This document shows positions 1 through 13,134 of a stretch of 64,000 nucleotides of DNA, in pieces. Position 1 is the stretch's first letter; each line of letters starts with the position of its first letter. Made by a program: the position numbers and the translations under genes. A model generated the notes under the pieces. That model made no database searches. It saw only the letters and a program-made list of their open reading frames with translations, and was not told where the DNA came from. Source of the DNA: Octopus sinensis (taxonomy: Eukaryota); NCBI RefSeq assembly GCF_006345805.1, contig NC_043005.1, positions 39,432,001 to 39,496,000 on the forward strand. Direction: 5' to 3'.

Positions 1-451
1 TGGATATAAGACAAATATCTTTGGTTATTCTTTCGTCATTTGTCATTTCCACACATATATATTGTATTTCACATAATAGCCGGTTCACTTGACTACAAAG
101 TTTCAAGAAAACTCGAACGCCCCTTCATGCTGTTAGCGAGTCTTTGAAACTAAAACTTTTCAATGATCTGATGCAATGAATCACACCTGAAAGACTGATA
201 GAGGTCGCTGCTGTGGCCTTTTTTCCATTACTATTCAGGAAGTTGTTAAGGCCGCAACTGCTAGCCGATAATGTGTCCATTATTGTCGTTTTTGACAAAC
301 ACATGCTTATTACACATACATACATACATACATATATTACACACACACACACATATATATATGTATGTATGTATGCATATATTTATATGGATACATATGC
401 ACACACATACATATATATATATATATCAACATAATAGACAGACGGAAAACT

Positions 452-519
<68 letters not shown>
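452..519. repeat. (AGAT)n microsatellite
   Basis: Directly visible tetranucleotide array. Confidence 0.95.
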
Positions 520-521
520 TA

Positions 522-739
522 CGATAGGGTGCTGAAATGTTCCTGGCTTTGGGTAAATGAAAATACAAGAGGATCATTTAATTACGATTTTGCTCAACAT
601 CTTTCCCTCTCAGATTCATACACTTAATGCAGCGGTCCTTCGGGTTTTCTAAGCCGTTGTTGAAGAACTCAGAATGTTGGACCTCCAACCAGGATTTTCG
701 CGATACCCTTAAAGCCAAGAACTTTTCAGCATCCCCTCA
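522..739 (-). mobile_element. Internally deleted mariner derivative (MITE-like, 218 bp)
   Basis: TIRs CGATAGGGTGCTGAAATGTTCCTGGCTTT vs rc TGAGGGGATGCTGAAAAGTTCTTGGCTTT, TA on both flanks. The minus-strand interior resembles a mariner transposase C-terminus (FFNNGLE...DRCIKCMNLRGKDVEQN). Confidence 0.8.
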
Positions 740-1504
740 TATATATATGCAAGTACGTATGTATGTATGCATGTATGTATGTGTGTATGATTGTACGCAT
801 GTATTTATGCATGTGTGTATGTATGCGTATTTGAGTATGCATGTATATATATATACATAATATATACATACATATATACATACATACATACATACATACA
901 TACATACATACATACATACATACATACATACATACATACGTAAGAAAGTGCGTACGTACACACGTACATTACATACACGGCGGCTGTCAGCAGCGCTTTT
1001 GCTAAAACTTAACATCAATTTCACTTTGCACAACACCGCTAAGACTCACACATACATAGCCAAGTGGTCCTGATACAAGCAAGTGCAAGATCCCCCACTT
1101 CGAATCGAGGCAGGTGTTATTTCGGAATCTCCTCCTGAAGAGATGTCTAACCAAATTCAAAGGATCTCTCACCCTTAGGGTGTGGATGATCTTTGACGCT
1201 ACTAATTTCATCTGCTAAGTTTTCTTTTGTCCTGCATGGAATACAAATAATATTATTCCATGTAAGTTGTAAGTATCTTCCTACATCACTCAAATTCAGT
1301 GAATCTTGCCTCTCACAATATAGAAACATTTCTCATGGCACCATCAGACATAATGGAAAATGTTTTGCCCCGGATGATAGCGAGGTATATGTGCCGTCCA
1401 ACGAAATTCGCCATCCTTTCTCAGCAGCTTCCACCAATCGTTGGTTTCATCGCGAACGACCCAACCTTGCGAAAAATTGCGTTGGGTGACATGTTACCAG
1501 TATC

Positions 1505-1651
1505 ATACTTACACACATACATACATACATACATACATACATACATAGATACATACATACATACATACATTCATACATACATACATGCATACATACATAC
1601 ATACATACATACATACATACATACATACATACATACATACATACATACATA
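1505..1651. repeat. (CATA)n microsatellite
   Basis: Directly visible; similar arrays at about 860-940, 11680-11750, 47840-47900 and 48210-48280. Confidence 0.95.
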
Positions 1652-1664
1652 GGCGCATCTTGTC

Positions 1665-1860
1665 GTGAAATACTCGAAATACGGATTAGAAAATCAGCCG
1701 ACAACTGATGAAGGGTCGTTCTTTATGTTGCGTGTCTTGTTTTCCATTTGTTTCCTCGTTGTTCGCAAAACAGTTCATATTCCATGTATTCGCGTTTCGT
1801 ATTCCATATTTTCATACTATTTGTTATTTACGTTCTGTGACATCCTGTGCCCACATACGC
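1665..1860 (+). repeat. Dispersed repeat family C (possible Penelope-like terminal repeat; GAAA-N25-CTGATGA)
   Basis: Homologous copies inside the window at about 7015-7130(-), 12982-13135(-) and 63690-63935. Shared CCGACAACTGATGAAGG and a 3' TGTGACRTCCTG.CCCA.ATA.GCA end. Family assignment is inference. Confidence 0.5.
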
Positions 1861-2180
1861 ATATGTATACGTATATTTGTTAGTATGCACATATACGTGT
1901 GTATATAAATACATATATATTACTACATACATACATTCATACATACGTACGTACGTACACACATACTTACGTACGTACGTAAAATATATTTGCTGTTACC
2001 GCCATTGCCATCGATGTCTTGACAGAGTGATTAGTACTGTGTGTCTTTTGTACCGTAAATGTGAGCGGCACACAAATACATACATTCATGCAACCACATG
2101 CACGCATACACCCACACACACGAACAAGCACACATATCTATCTATCTATCTCTATCTCTAGCTCTCTCGCTCTCTCTCGC

Positions 2181-2221
<41 letters not shown>

Positions 2222-2326
2222 CAAACACATGCATAGATATATATTGATATATACTCAGCGTTAAAGGAAGAAATGATGAGTGAAAATTCTGTACATAATA
2301 ATTATAAGCTGAAGGCTTGTAATTAT

Positions 2327-2334
2327 GTGTGTGT

Positions 2335-2416
<82 letters not shown>
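2327..2416. repeat. (TG)n microsatellite
   Basis: Directly visible. Confidence 0.95.
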
Positions 2417-2417
<1 letters not shown>

Positions 2418-2505
2418 TACCAGAAATGTGGGTGCAAATAGGATAAATACCAACGCACGAAAGTCTCGGACCCTGAGTCACTGTGTTACTTTTGCAAGAT
2501 ATTTA

Positions 2506-2682
2506 CCGTAGTTTAACGAGTACAAGGAACCCCTTTTTGTCAAAAATTAGGTTAAAAATATGGGCGTCTCATAGATATAAATAGTATTATAATCCATTAC
2601 AAAACCTTTTTTCCAAATTTTAAGCTCCCCAAATTAGGGGGTACCTTATACACGGGGGTTCTTTGTGTACGTTAACATACGG
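2506..2682. mobile_element. TA-flanked MITE with CCGTA termini (Tc2/pogo-like Tc1-mariner superfamily)
   Basis: TA-CCGTAGTTTAACGAGTACAAGGAACCCC vs rc of right end TA-CCGTATGTTAACGTACACAAAGAACCCC; 177 bp, non-coding. Confidence 0.65.
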
Positions 2683-2965
2683 TATATATGTGTGCCCGTC
2701 TGTGTGCGTGTGTGTGTGTGTGTGTTTGTGTGTGTACGTATGTATGTTTATAGTATACATAGTGGCATAGTGGTTAGGGTTTTGGTATTACAATAAGGTC
2801 GTGGTTTCAGTTTCATATCTTCGGGTTAGCTTTGATTTTCTTGCTCATGTTGCTCCAGATAACTCACCAGAAAATGAGAACCAGACGAATGTTATTGCAG
2901 CCTATGCACTCTTCAAGTATCACATTTTGGATGCGCCGCCATATCAAAAGTTATCGTCTATGTAT

Positions 2966-3132
2966 GCCTATTTCTTTACTACCCACAACGGGCTAAACAC
3001 AGAGTGGACAAACAAGGGCAGACAAACGGATTAAGTCGATTATATCGACTCCAGTCCGTAACTGGTACTTATTTAATCGACCCCGAAAGGATGAAAGGCA
3101 AAGTCGACCTCGGCGGGATTTGAACTCAGAAC
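2966..3132 (-). mobile_element. 5'-truncated tRNA-derived SINE (family B) with 16-bp target-site duplication
   Basis: B-box-like GAGTTCAAATCCC on the minus strand. Perfect TSD GTTATCGTCTATGTAT at 2950-2965 and 3133-3148. Homologous diverged copies at about 15530, 18265, 19300 and 20185. Confidence 0.85.
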
Positions 3133-4775
3133 GTTATCGTCTATGTATACCACCACAATATCGACATCTGAAACAGTAGAAAAATTATGGTACGTCTTAT
3201 CAAGCTACTCTTCTTGTTGACAGATGGCTGGCTCGCTGTCATCCAACGTGTTTTATACTTAAAACGCTAGTGTAGGATTTTAGGGAAATTTAACTTCTAT
3301 TTCTATCACATCCAACGACTGCGCGCTGATGCACTTACGTCTTCAATCGTTCGTTAATATTACTGAACTTATTATTATTAATTCTGTTGTAGTAGTATAT
3401 TATTTCGATCTTTAATGGCCAAGTTATTCGCGCTGTTAATTCTGATGTTGATGCTGCTGCTGCTGCTCCCTTTTTTATCACTCTCGCAGAAGTTACTACC
3501 ATTTTCTGTAGTGTTTGTTTATTGCACATCTATGATTGTAACACTTCTTAATGCCTTTCTGTTTTGTTTCGCAAGTGATAATTCTATCTTTGTTGTTTCC
3601 ATAACGACCATCTGCCATTAATCATAGCTATTTTGTTGTTCCGGTGCAATTTAATAGTACTTAAATTTATTTTTTTATTAGTATATTTTTTTTTCCTTTT
3701 CAAGATTGCGCTGTGGAGGCCAATCCAAATTATGCAACCAAACATGGAAGATATACCTACAAGAAGAAAATTTTGAGCAGCTAAAAAGCGGAAAGAATGC
3801 GAAAGCAATACAGATGATGGTTATTTTAACGCGCAAATAAAAGATACATAAAGCCAAAAAATTGCGCTAAATTGAACCGGAAGTAGAATAAAGAAGCCGC
3901 AGTACTATACTGGAGAGGAAACGGAAATTACATGAGACCAGGAAATACATGAGACCAAACAATTTTGTTCGAACAGGACTCGTGGGGAAAAATAGCTTGT
4001 AAAGCGTCGAAATTAGGTGTGAATGGAACAGGAAGCGATAAGCAGTTGAAATATTTATTTCGAACTTGAATTAGTGTTACGAAACCAATTTTCTTTTTCT
4101 TTTTATCTTTTTTGTGTAGGTGAACTCGGAAGTGTTATTACGAAGTAGAGAAATTACACTGGAGCATAGTTTAGGAAAAAAAAGTTATGAATGCAAATAG
4201 ATGCAAATAGATAAATGAAAAATGTCTAATTGAGTCGTTAAGCAAAAGGTTTCGTTTAAAACTCGTTAAAAACAGATCTGATCGATGTGTTCCGGAAACG
4301 AATTAAAAATTCCTACATGTTCAGTTTCTACAAATTTGAATTTTTTATATACATTATTTTATATTAAGATTATCCTAACAAGCAGCGGATAGTGAAGTAG
4401 GGAGTGGAGGGGGAAATACGAAAAACAAGAAGGAGGGAAAGAACAAATGAAATAAAAAACGAATGTCAAATAAAAACAAAAAAAAACTAATAAAGGAATA
4501 GCAGAAAGGATAAATTAATGAATCAAAGAAAAGAGGAAAGGCAAATAACTGTTTTTAGTTTTCGTTATTTAGTAGCTATTTTGTCAAATTAACTAGATAG
4601 GTACTGACACGGTATTACAAATTCGAGGAAGGGACGGTGGCGTGTTAGTGTTTCATGTTTTCTATAACAGCTCCTCATTGGCAGCCGTTTTTTATGAGCT
4701 AAAGAAATAGACATGTGAACAAATTGATGTTAATGCGTAAATAGCATTATATGTACATATATCTATGTCCATAGA

Positions 4776-4834
<59 letters not shown>

Positions 4835-4837
4835 ATG

Positions 4838-4897
<60 letters not shown>

Positions 4898-4968
4898 ATA
4901 TATATATATATACACATACGTGTATACACATACGCACGTGTCTGGGTGTGTGTGTTTTTGTGTGTATA

Positions 4969-6150
4969 CAATGTGCGATGGGTAAATTGTCACCATTTTA
5001 TATTTTTAATTTTGCTCATGCGCAATATTTTTTAGTTTGATTTTTGTCGACTACACAGTATGGTATGGTCAGTTGGGCACCATCTGTGAGAAATAAGCAC
5101 CATGAGGCAATTGACCCTACCATTAATATGGAAACGACATACTGTACCGCTTGGCTTTCACACTGGAAGCTCCAATGCGAACATTTCAGAGTGTTTGGGT
5201 ATGAACCTGAGGACAGTGTAGAGGATTCGGAAAGAGTCGGATGAGTCTAATGGTGATTACGAATGTACGGCATCTGAGAAAACTCACTCTTATCGTACTG
5301 ATGTGAAAACAACTGAAATTCTTGGTGAGATCCAGGTCATGATTGACAACGACCCTCCAAGTAAATCATGTCCATCGCCAGGGATATGGGAGTGTCTGAG
5401 TTTCTTATCAGGTAGGTAGTGCATTAAGACATTCGGTATTCCTCATACAAGAGGAGAAAGGGCCAATTTTTATCCCAAGCCACCAAGGACCGGAGGAAAG
5501 ACAGCGCGGCGAAGTTTTGAACAAACTCAGACATCCCCTCCAGCCGAACATGCTTTGGTTTATCTCAGGCGAGAAAAAATTCAGCCAGGAGCAGATGGTG
5601 AACACACAGAATAACAAGTGGCTTGCCGTGTCCCCAAAACATGTACCGAAAGTGATAAAAAGAAAAACATTCATTCAACATCATGGTTTTTGGAGTGATC
5701 ACTAGTGATGGCGATGTTATGCCTCCATTTATCTTCCCGCACGGCCTCACACTCAACACGGAGGCCAACATCAAATGCTTGGATGAGGTAGTGCTGTCCT
5801 GGGTCAAGAGGGTGGCTGCTGAAAGATCCTATGTCTAGCAACGGGGCTCTGCATCATGCCACACAAGCAGAAGAACCCACTGGTAGCTGTCGGACAATTT
5901 CTGAAACCACATCTCGCCTAACATCTAGACACCTAACTCACCAGACTGCAACCCTCTTGAATATTATGTTTGGGGCACAGTTGAGCGAGAAATCACCAAA
6001 ACTCCTTGTAACGCCAAAGATAAACTGAAGGCAAAGATAATGGCAACTTTCCCCAACTTACATAAGGAGAACGTCTAGAAGTGCTGCAGAAATTTCCGAA
6101 GTCATCGGGGGGGGGGCCGTAGTTGAAGCCAATGGGGATTTTATGGAATA
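4969..6150 (+). mobile_element. Decayed DD37D (maT-like) Tc1/mariner transposon; 3' TIR not found
   Basis: Starts TA-CAATGTGCGATGGGTAAATTGTCACC. Translates to F.SGEKKF, IMVFGVITSDGDVMPPFIFPHGL, QRGSASCHTSRR and PNSPDCNPLEYYVWG; 37 residues separate the 2nd and 3rd catalytic positions (now G and E). Several in-frame stops. Confidence 0.8.
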
Positions 6151-6214
6151 AATTTACTCTTTAGCATTTCAAGATAAGTATATTTATAATATATATATAT
6201 ATAGCATTTCAATA

Positions 6215-6250
<36 letters not shown>

Positions 6251-6306
6251 GTATATAATAAATAGTATAATATGTATATATGTATATATATATATATAAT
6301 ATATAT

Positions 6307-6354
<48 letters not shown>

Positions 6355-6539
6355 TAAGCAATAAAGGGTTTAGCAACGAATTGCCTTACCACATACCGAA
6401 TTTAGAAATAGCAGTCAAAGAGTTATAGCTATTTCTTCTACTAAAAGGGAGATCTCAGTAAAAACAGCAATTGGAAGGCAGACACAAAACAGGTAAGAGA
6501 GAATGAATTGACGGCAATCTATCATACAATTTTAAGTTA

Positions 6540-6920
<381 letters not shown>

Positions 6921-7014
6921 TTATTTACTATATGTATATTAATTACCATATGTATATATGGCTACAGGTTATCACCAACGGACATTAACTAAGATGAATT
7001 ACGTAAACAAATGG

Positions 7015-7130
7015 GTGAAATACATAAACGAGAAAAATGGAGAACTGGACAAGTATACACAGAGAAAGGAGCCTTCATCAGTTGTCGGTTGTCTCTCTAC
7101 TCCTCATTTCGAGCATTCAACAAGAATATG
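7015..7130 (-). repeat. Family C copy
   Basis: rc TGCTCGAAATGAGGAGTAGAGAGACAACCGACAACTGATGAAGG aligns to 1671-1714. Confidence 0.5.
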
Positions 7131-7795
7131 ACTCTCAAAGACAGTTTCTCCGATAAATTCTAAAATAGGATTTATGGAGGATCAAATTTGGGAACAGAAA
7201 CATGAAAGTGGAGACAAAGAAAACCGAACGAAAACAAACATGGAGGGCCGTCAGAGCAGAACGGGTGGAAAATAACGAACGCTGTGAGAAAACTATATCC
7301 GTGCAGACAAGCATACCTACCTACCTGCCTACATACCAACAAATCTACCCATCTATGTACGTACCTACATGCATACTTACACACATATATTTCTACATAC
7401 ATAACTACTTAAAATTTCGTTTTTGCATTTGGTCTACATGCTTGTGCGTGTGAAATTGTGTAGTGAATTGTGTATCTCGGGAGGGTCGTTATACCAATAA
7501 AAATACATGCATTGATTCTGTTTCACTTATATTATTATTAGTAAATGGATAAATCAATTATCTCATTGGACTGATTGATTAGTCGTAAGATCATTCAATT
7601 AATCAGCTACATTCTTCGAACTTCTTTCATTGTCATTTTCGACATCTTCACTGTAATTGCTATATCTACTTCAGGTCTGACCGAAGGAAGTTTACAGGAT
7701 CTACATCTCTATGGATACGAGTGATAATGCATGTAAGGAGAACATGAGAGACAGAATCGGGGTGCGCGTGTGTGAATGTGCGTGTGTGCGCGCTG

Positions 7796-7840
<45 letters not shown>

Positions 7841-8435
7841 ATCGCTGGCTTGAGTGTGTGTGCGGCTGTTGGTGTGAGTGCGTGCGTGTGTGGGTGCATG
7901 TATGAGTTATGTTATGATGTGCACTTTTGTCACATAGTGTAGATTTTGTAAGTGGGCGGGAAAGAACATCTATACACGTACTCACGTGTGTGTATGTGTA
8001 TGTGCTTACGTGTGTGTAGGTGTTTGCATGTGTACACGCGTTTATGGATGCGTACGGTTAAGACTTTGTGAAAGGTGTGAGTGGTTAAATGCTCACTTGT
8101 TTAGACATTTATCTATTTATTTTATGGTAAGTGTCTTTGTCTTCCTGAATGGATGTGTGCTTTGGTTTGTTTGAGCGTATGTATTGACATTCAAGTCCAG
8201 CGGTTTAACGTATTTAGGCGATGTTACAGATCAAATTACAATTTACTGACATTCTTCCTCTTTCATTCTAATAACTCAAAGAAGCACCGAATAAGGCATT
8301 CGACTAACAATGAACTATACTTCGCTCAAACACGCGAGGTATATAAAGCGACATACGCACAAGAAACACAGGTCTCTATTTATTAAATAAGCTAACACTC
8401 ACGCCAACCTAAGTGTACCAACCTATATTTTATAT

Positions 8436-8706
8436 CTTTTATCTTTCATTTCTTTCAGCTATTAGACTGTGACCATGCTGGGGCACTACTTCGAAGAATT
8501 TTTAGTCGAATGCATCGATCCAAGTACTACTTTGTTTGTTTTTGTTGATTTTTTTTTGCTTTTTTTTTTGTTTGTTTGTTTTTAGTTAAGCCTAGTACTT
8601 ACTCTGTCGGTGACAATTACAAAACTTCTAGGGTACCAGCACCGGTTTTCAAGCTATGGCGGAGGACAACAAACACAGGCACGAACACACACAGAGAAAG
8701 AAATGT

Positions 8707-8739
<33 letters not shown>

Positions 8740-9124
8740 AAGGCGCAAGCGTTGCTCCAGTTCACTCAGCTGTGAAAATGAGTTGCGACGTCACTGGTAC
8801 CAAGCTGTATCGGCCTTTGCCTTTCCCTTGGCTAACATCAGTGGCGTGGAGAGGGGAGGCTGGTATGCATGGCTAACTGCTGGTCTTCCACAAACAGCTT
8901 TGTCCGGGCTTCTGCTTCAGAGGATAACTTTCTAGGTGCAGTCCATGGTCATTCATGACCGACGACGAACCTCTTTCAGTTTGCACCTACCTAATCAACT
9001 CGAAAGGCTCTGATCGGCCCTAGGCTATAGTAGGAGACACTTGTCCAAGGTGTCACGCAATAGAACTGAACCCAGAACCACGTGGCTGGGAAGCAAGTTT
9101 CCAATCACAGTCACGCCAACGCCT
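8436..9124 (-). mobile_element. Diverged tRNA-derived SINE (family A) interrupted by another repeat at about 8740-8975
   Basis: Head (9050-9124) and tail (8436-8520) align to the copy at 20953-21363; the GC-rich insert has no counterpart in other family A copies. Confidence 0.65.
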
Positions 9125-9704
9125 ATGTCCATAGTTTTTCTCTTTCGGGTGTATGTGGTAGAGGCATGTTAATTTGTCAACCGCAGCATCTGATCTACAC
9201 AGTGTTTAACGACCAAATTGGCTCTTACTTTTAACCTTATTCCATCAGGTGTCCGTTATGATGAAGCAAGAAATATTTTATTCTCTTTTACGACAGGTTG
9301 GTTTTAAAGCGAAAATCTGAATTACTGAGCTCTTATAAATACACTTCAACGTAACGGATGTCATCATAACTGTCCTTCTCCTTCACTTATTGTTATTGGC
9401 AACATTATTATTTAGAACATGTTGGAAGCTTCCTTGTATACTCTCCGATCTCATAATACATTTCGGTCGTCGCATTTGATCTTTATGCAATATTTAAACA
9501 ACTTTTATATTGCTTTTACGTGACTTCCCATCAGTTTTTTTAAATAAAAGACTTATTTCCGTTTTAAATTCTTCGAATTCTTCGAGTCTGTGCACTTTTT
9601 CATGTGTTCTCTTATTATTTCCAACCTTGCTTTTTCTGTAGACTTTAACCAATATTTAGTGATTATGCTCGATTTGTTCTTAAGACTGCATGTTTTATTC
9701 GTTT

Positions 9705-9766
<62 letters not shown>

Positions 9767-9969
9767 CTCGCTCTCCCTTATATATATATTCATTTATTTA
9801 TAATTTCTCTAATATATGCTTTCTACTCGCTTTCACCCAGTATTCTTTACCTACGAATATATCTCACGATTTATGTTTCTTTTAACGTTATGTATCAATG
9901 TTTCTTAGCGCGGTGTATGCATTTTAGAAAATATTACACTTACCTTAACAATCTTCTCTTTCTATCTCA

Positions 9970-10000
<31 letters not shown>

Positions 10001-10028
10001 GTTCACTCTCTCTCTCTCCCTCATTCAC

Positions 10029-10068
<40 letters not shown>

Positions 10069-10602
10069 TATTGTCACCTTTTCTCCTTCTTAAATAAATT
10101 TACCTTCACTCTTTGTCCTGACATATTTATTTATTTATTAAATTATTTATTTGATCTTGTTTTATATTTTAATTTCAATGTCGATATACATCGTATTTTT
10201 TTCCTAATTTCTAAGATATTTCATATTTGGAACATTCACTGGCGTCAGATTATATATCTATTTCCCTTCAGCAGCACATAACGCTTCATATTTGCAAGTT
10301 CATTTCACTCGCCTTTCATGTTCTTCAAACATTCTTTAATGATGATCCGAATTATGCAACGGATTCCATTTAATTTTGAAACACTATGACTAATCATCTT
10401 CCGATGTCTACTTTCAAAGTTTTACCAACTAATAACCAATGCATTTAAAATCATTATATTGTTCCAAAAGTTAACTTGTCTTTAATGATCCGTTATGAGA
10501 AACTCGAAGTGAAGGCTTACAAAGTTATTATGCCTCAATAAAACACTATATTTTAATCTATTCTTGTCATTCGAGTGATTTGTATATATTTATATATATA
10601 TT

Positions 10603-10848
10603 GAGCGAAACACCTAAAGCCCCACGAGGCTCCGGCAGAGATTGGTGGCGAACCCTGCTGCACTCTTTCACCACAACTTTCTCACACTCTTTTTCCTGTT
10701 TCAGTCGTACCTGTAATTCGAAGGGCCAGCCTTGACACACTCTGTGTCACGCTGAATCTCCCTGAGAATGACATTACGGGTACACATGTCTGTGGAGTAC
10801 TCAGCCACTTGCCCGTTAATTTCATGAGCAGGCTGTTCCGTGATGATC
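10603..10848. repeat. Probable dispersed repeat (unclassified, GC-rich, between microsatellites)
   Basis: Single copy here; recognised only by pattern as a common octopus-type repeat, not verifiable within the window. Confidence 0.3.
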
Positions 10849-10849
10849 A

Positions 10850-10854
10850 GATAT

Positions 10855-10949
<95 letters not shown>

Positions 10950-10960
10950 AATAGATATAG
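10850..10960. repeat. (AGAT)n microsatellite
   Basis: Directly visible. Confidence 0.95.
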
Positions 10961-11619
10961 AACAGATTTGGCAGACATATAGATATACATATGGTCCTAT
11001 CACATTGTACCCTTTTGCCAAACATATGTGTAGGTTTACGATTCTTTTCTATACAAAAATATATACATACACGAACTCACTGTCTCTCTCTCTCGCTCCA
11101 TATGTGCGTGTATGTCTGTGTGCTTCTGTATGTATGTTAAGATATACAATGCAATTCGACATCCGCGTGTGCATTTGTAAAAGTGAGTTTGAGTGTGGTT
11201 TATGCGTGTATACATAATACAAATTACTGTGTGCAAGGCTCTAATATCTTTGTTTTGACCTGTTCTGTTACTTTTTGTTTTCAGATGTCCTGAAGCAGAG
11301 TAATAACGTTTGTTGGATGTTATCTATGTCTTATAATTTGTATAACTTCACATGTTCTGTTTTCCCTCTATATGTAGGTCTCTTGGCTGGATACAATGTC
11401 CATATCCGGGTTTCAGTTTCGCTTTTCTCTTCTTTTTGTTTTCTTAGTTTTCATAAAAGGCAGCGCACATCAAAGAGATATTGCAGTTCATGTCAAGTGC
11501 AGATACATTTCTCAGCCGAGAGCATGTAACTTACACAATAATACATAGATGAGTGTGGTGCATACACAAACATAGCCATATATCTATATATGTATATATA
11601 TTTATATATGTAATCATGC

Positions 11620-11658
<39 letters not shown>

Positions 11659-11876
11659 TATATATACATAATGCATACATACATACATACATACATACAT
11701 ACATACATACATACATACATACATACATGCACACATACATACATACATACACGCTTGTATGTAATGTACATATATGTGTGTACATATTTATAAATGTTTT
11801 CTTTAAACCTAACTCCAAGTCTTATAACTAAATTTCTTAGCATGAAAACTAAGTCTAAAGTTAATACACATACACA

Positions 11877-11910
<34 letters not shown>

Positions 11911-12523
11911 AATATGTACGGAGAGCGAGAGAGAGGTGGAGGGAAACACAGAGACAGGAAAAGAGTGTAGAACATATATTGTATACTGAAACGTTGCTTT
12001 TTGCTTTTTGTCGGGAAATTATGAAGATGTACTCAATATATAGTGAATGGGAAATCATGTACCAAACCTCGAGTTGCGAAGAAAGAACTCTCTTTTCTCT
12101 TGTCTGCCTTTCGCTCTGTCTATGTATACATCGAGGCGTGACTATCATTACAAAATTTGTAGCGCAAGAATACTGTTTCGGGTTCAGGGCACCTTCATCA
12201 AATGCATTGTACTCTAGTTTCGGGTTCACACATGCATTGTGAATGAATTTTGTAGACAGAAAAGTTGCTGAAACCCGCTTTAAATCAAAAATATATGCGC
12301 GCAAAAATATATAGGCCCGTATGTCTGCTTCTATTTGGGTCTGCCTTTGTCAAGGCTTTACAATAATGGTGACCTCTTTACGCCATTGCAATTTAGTGTT
12401 TACATGTGTATATAGATATATTTATATTTACATACGAGTTTGTGTGTGTGTGTATGTGTGCGTGTATGTATGTATGTTTACCGCTATAAATATACATACA
12501 TACATATATACATATATATAAAT

Positions 12524-12599
<76 letters not shown>

Positions 12600-12800
12600 C
12601 AGGTAAATATTGTACAATGACAATGAGTGCTCAACACTTCATCGTTGGGGAGAGATTCTTCTTTGTGTGTATTAAGGCTACCACTGCTTTCATATAAGAA
12701 ATATAGCTCAACAATTTTTTCGATGTGATTGGTTCGAAAATTTCTTGAGACATTCCTTAATATGAAACCCAGGATAACTTTAATACACAAAAAAATCTAT

Positions 12801-12859
<59 letters not shown>

Positions 12860-13134
12860 TATGTAATATATACATATATGCATATATACATACATATATG
12901 TACGTACCTTCATATATATATGCATATATACATACATATATGTACGTACCTACATATATATGTATATATACATGCATATATGGGTAGAGGACATCAAAAG
13001 AACGTTGAACACAATGAGAAACGAAAACATTAAAACAAAAACATAGAAACGAACTTTTTTCGGACAACGAAAAAAACAGAGAAACGAGATATACAACATA
13101 AAGAATATTCCCCTTCTTCAGCTGTCCTTGTTTC

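Noticed and set aside
125-352. 75-aa minus ORF (…NSNGKKATAATSISLSG…)
   Set aside because: Starts inside a microsatellite; no splice support or recognisable homology
1000-1495. Unique-looking 500 bp with 60-117 aa ORFs, vaguely retroelement-like (NDPTLRKI)
   Set aside because: No diagnostic motif could be aligned; left unannotated
7675-7732. Plus-strand AG...GTAAGG 58-nt exon candidate, with similar ones at 9250-9297, 11378-11409 and 34227-34281
   Set aside because: The joined peptides resemble nothing I recognise; such sites are expected by chance in T-rich DNA
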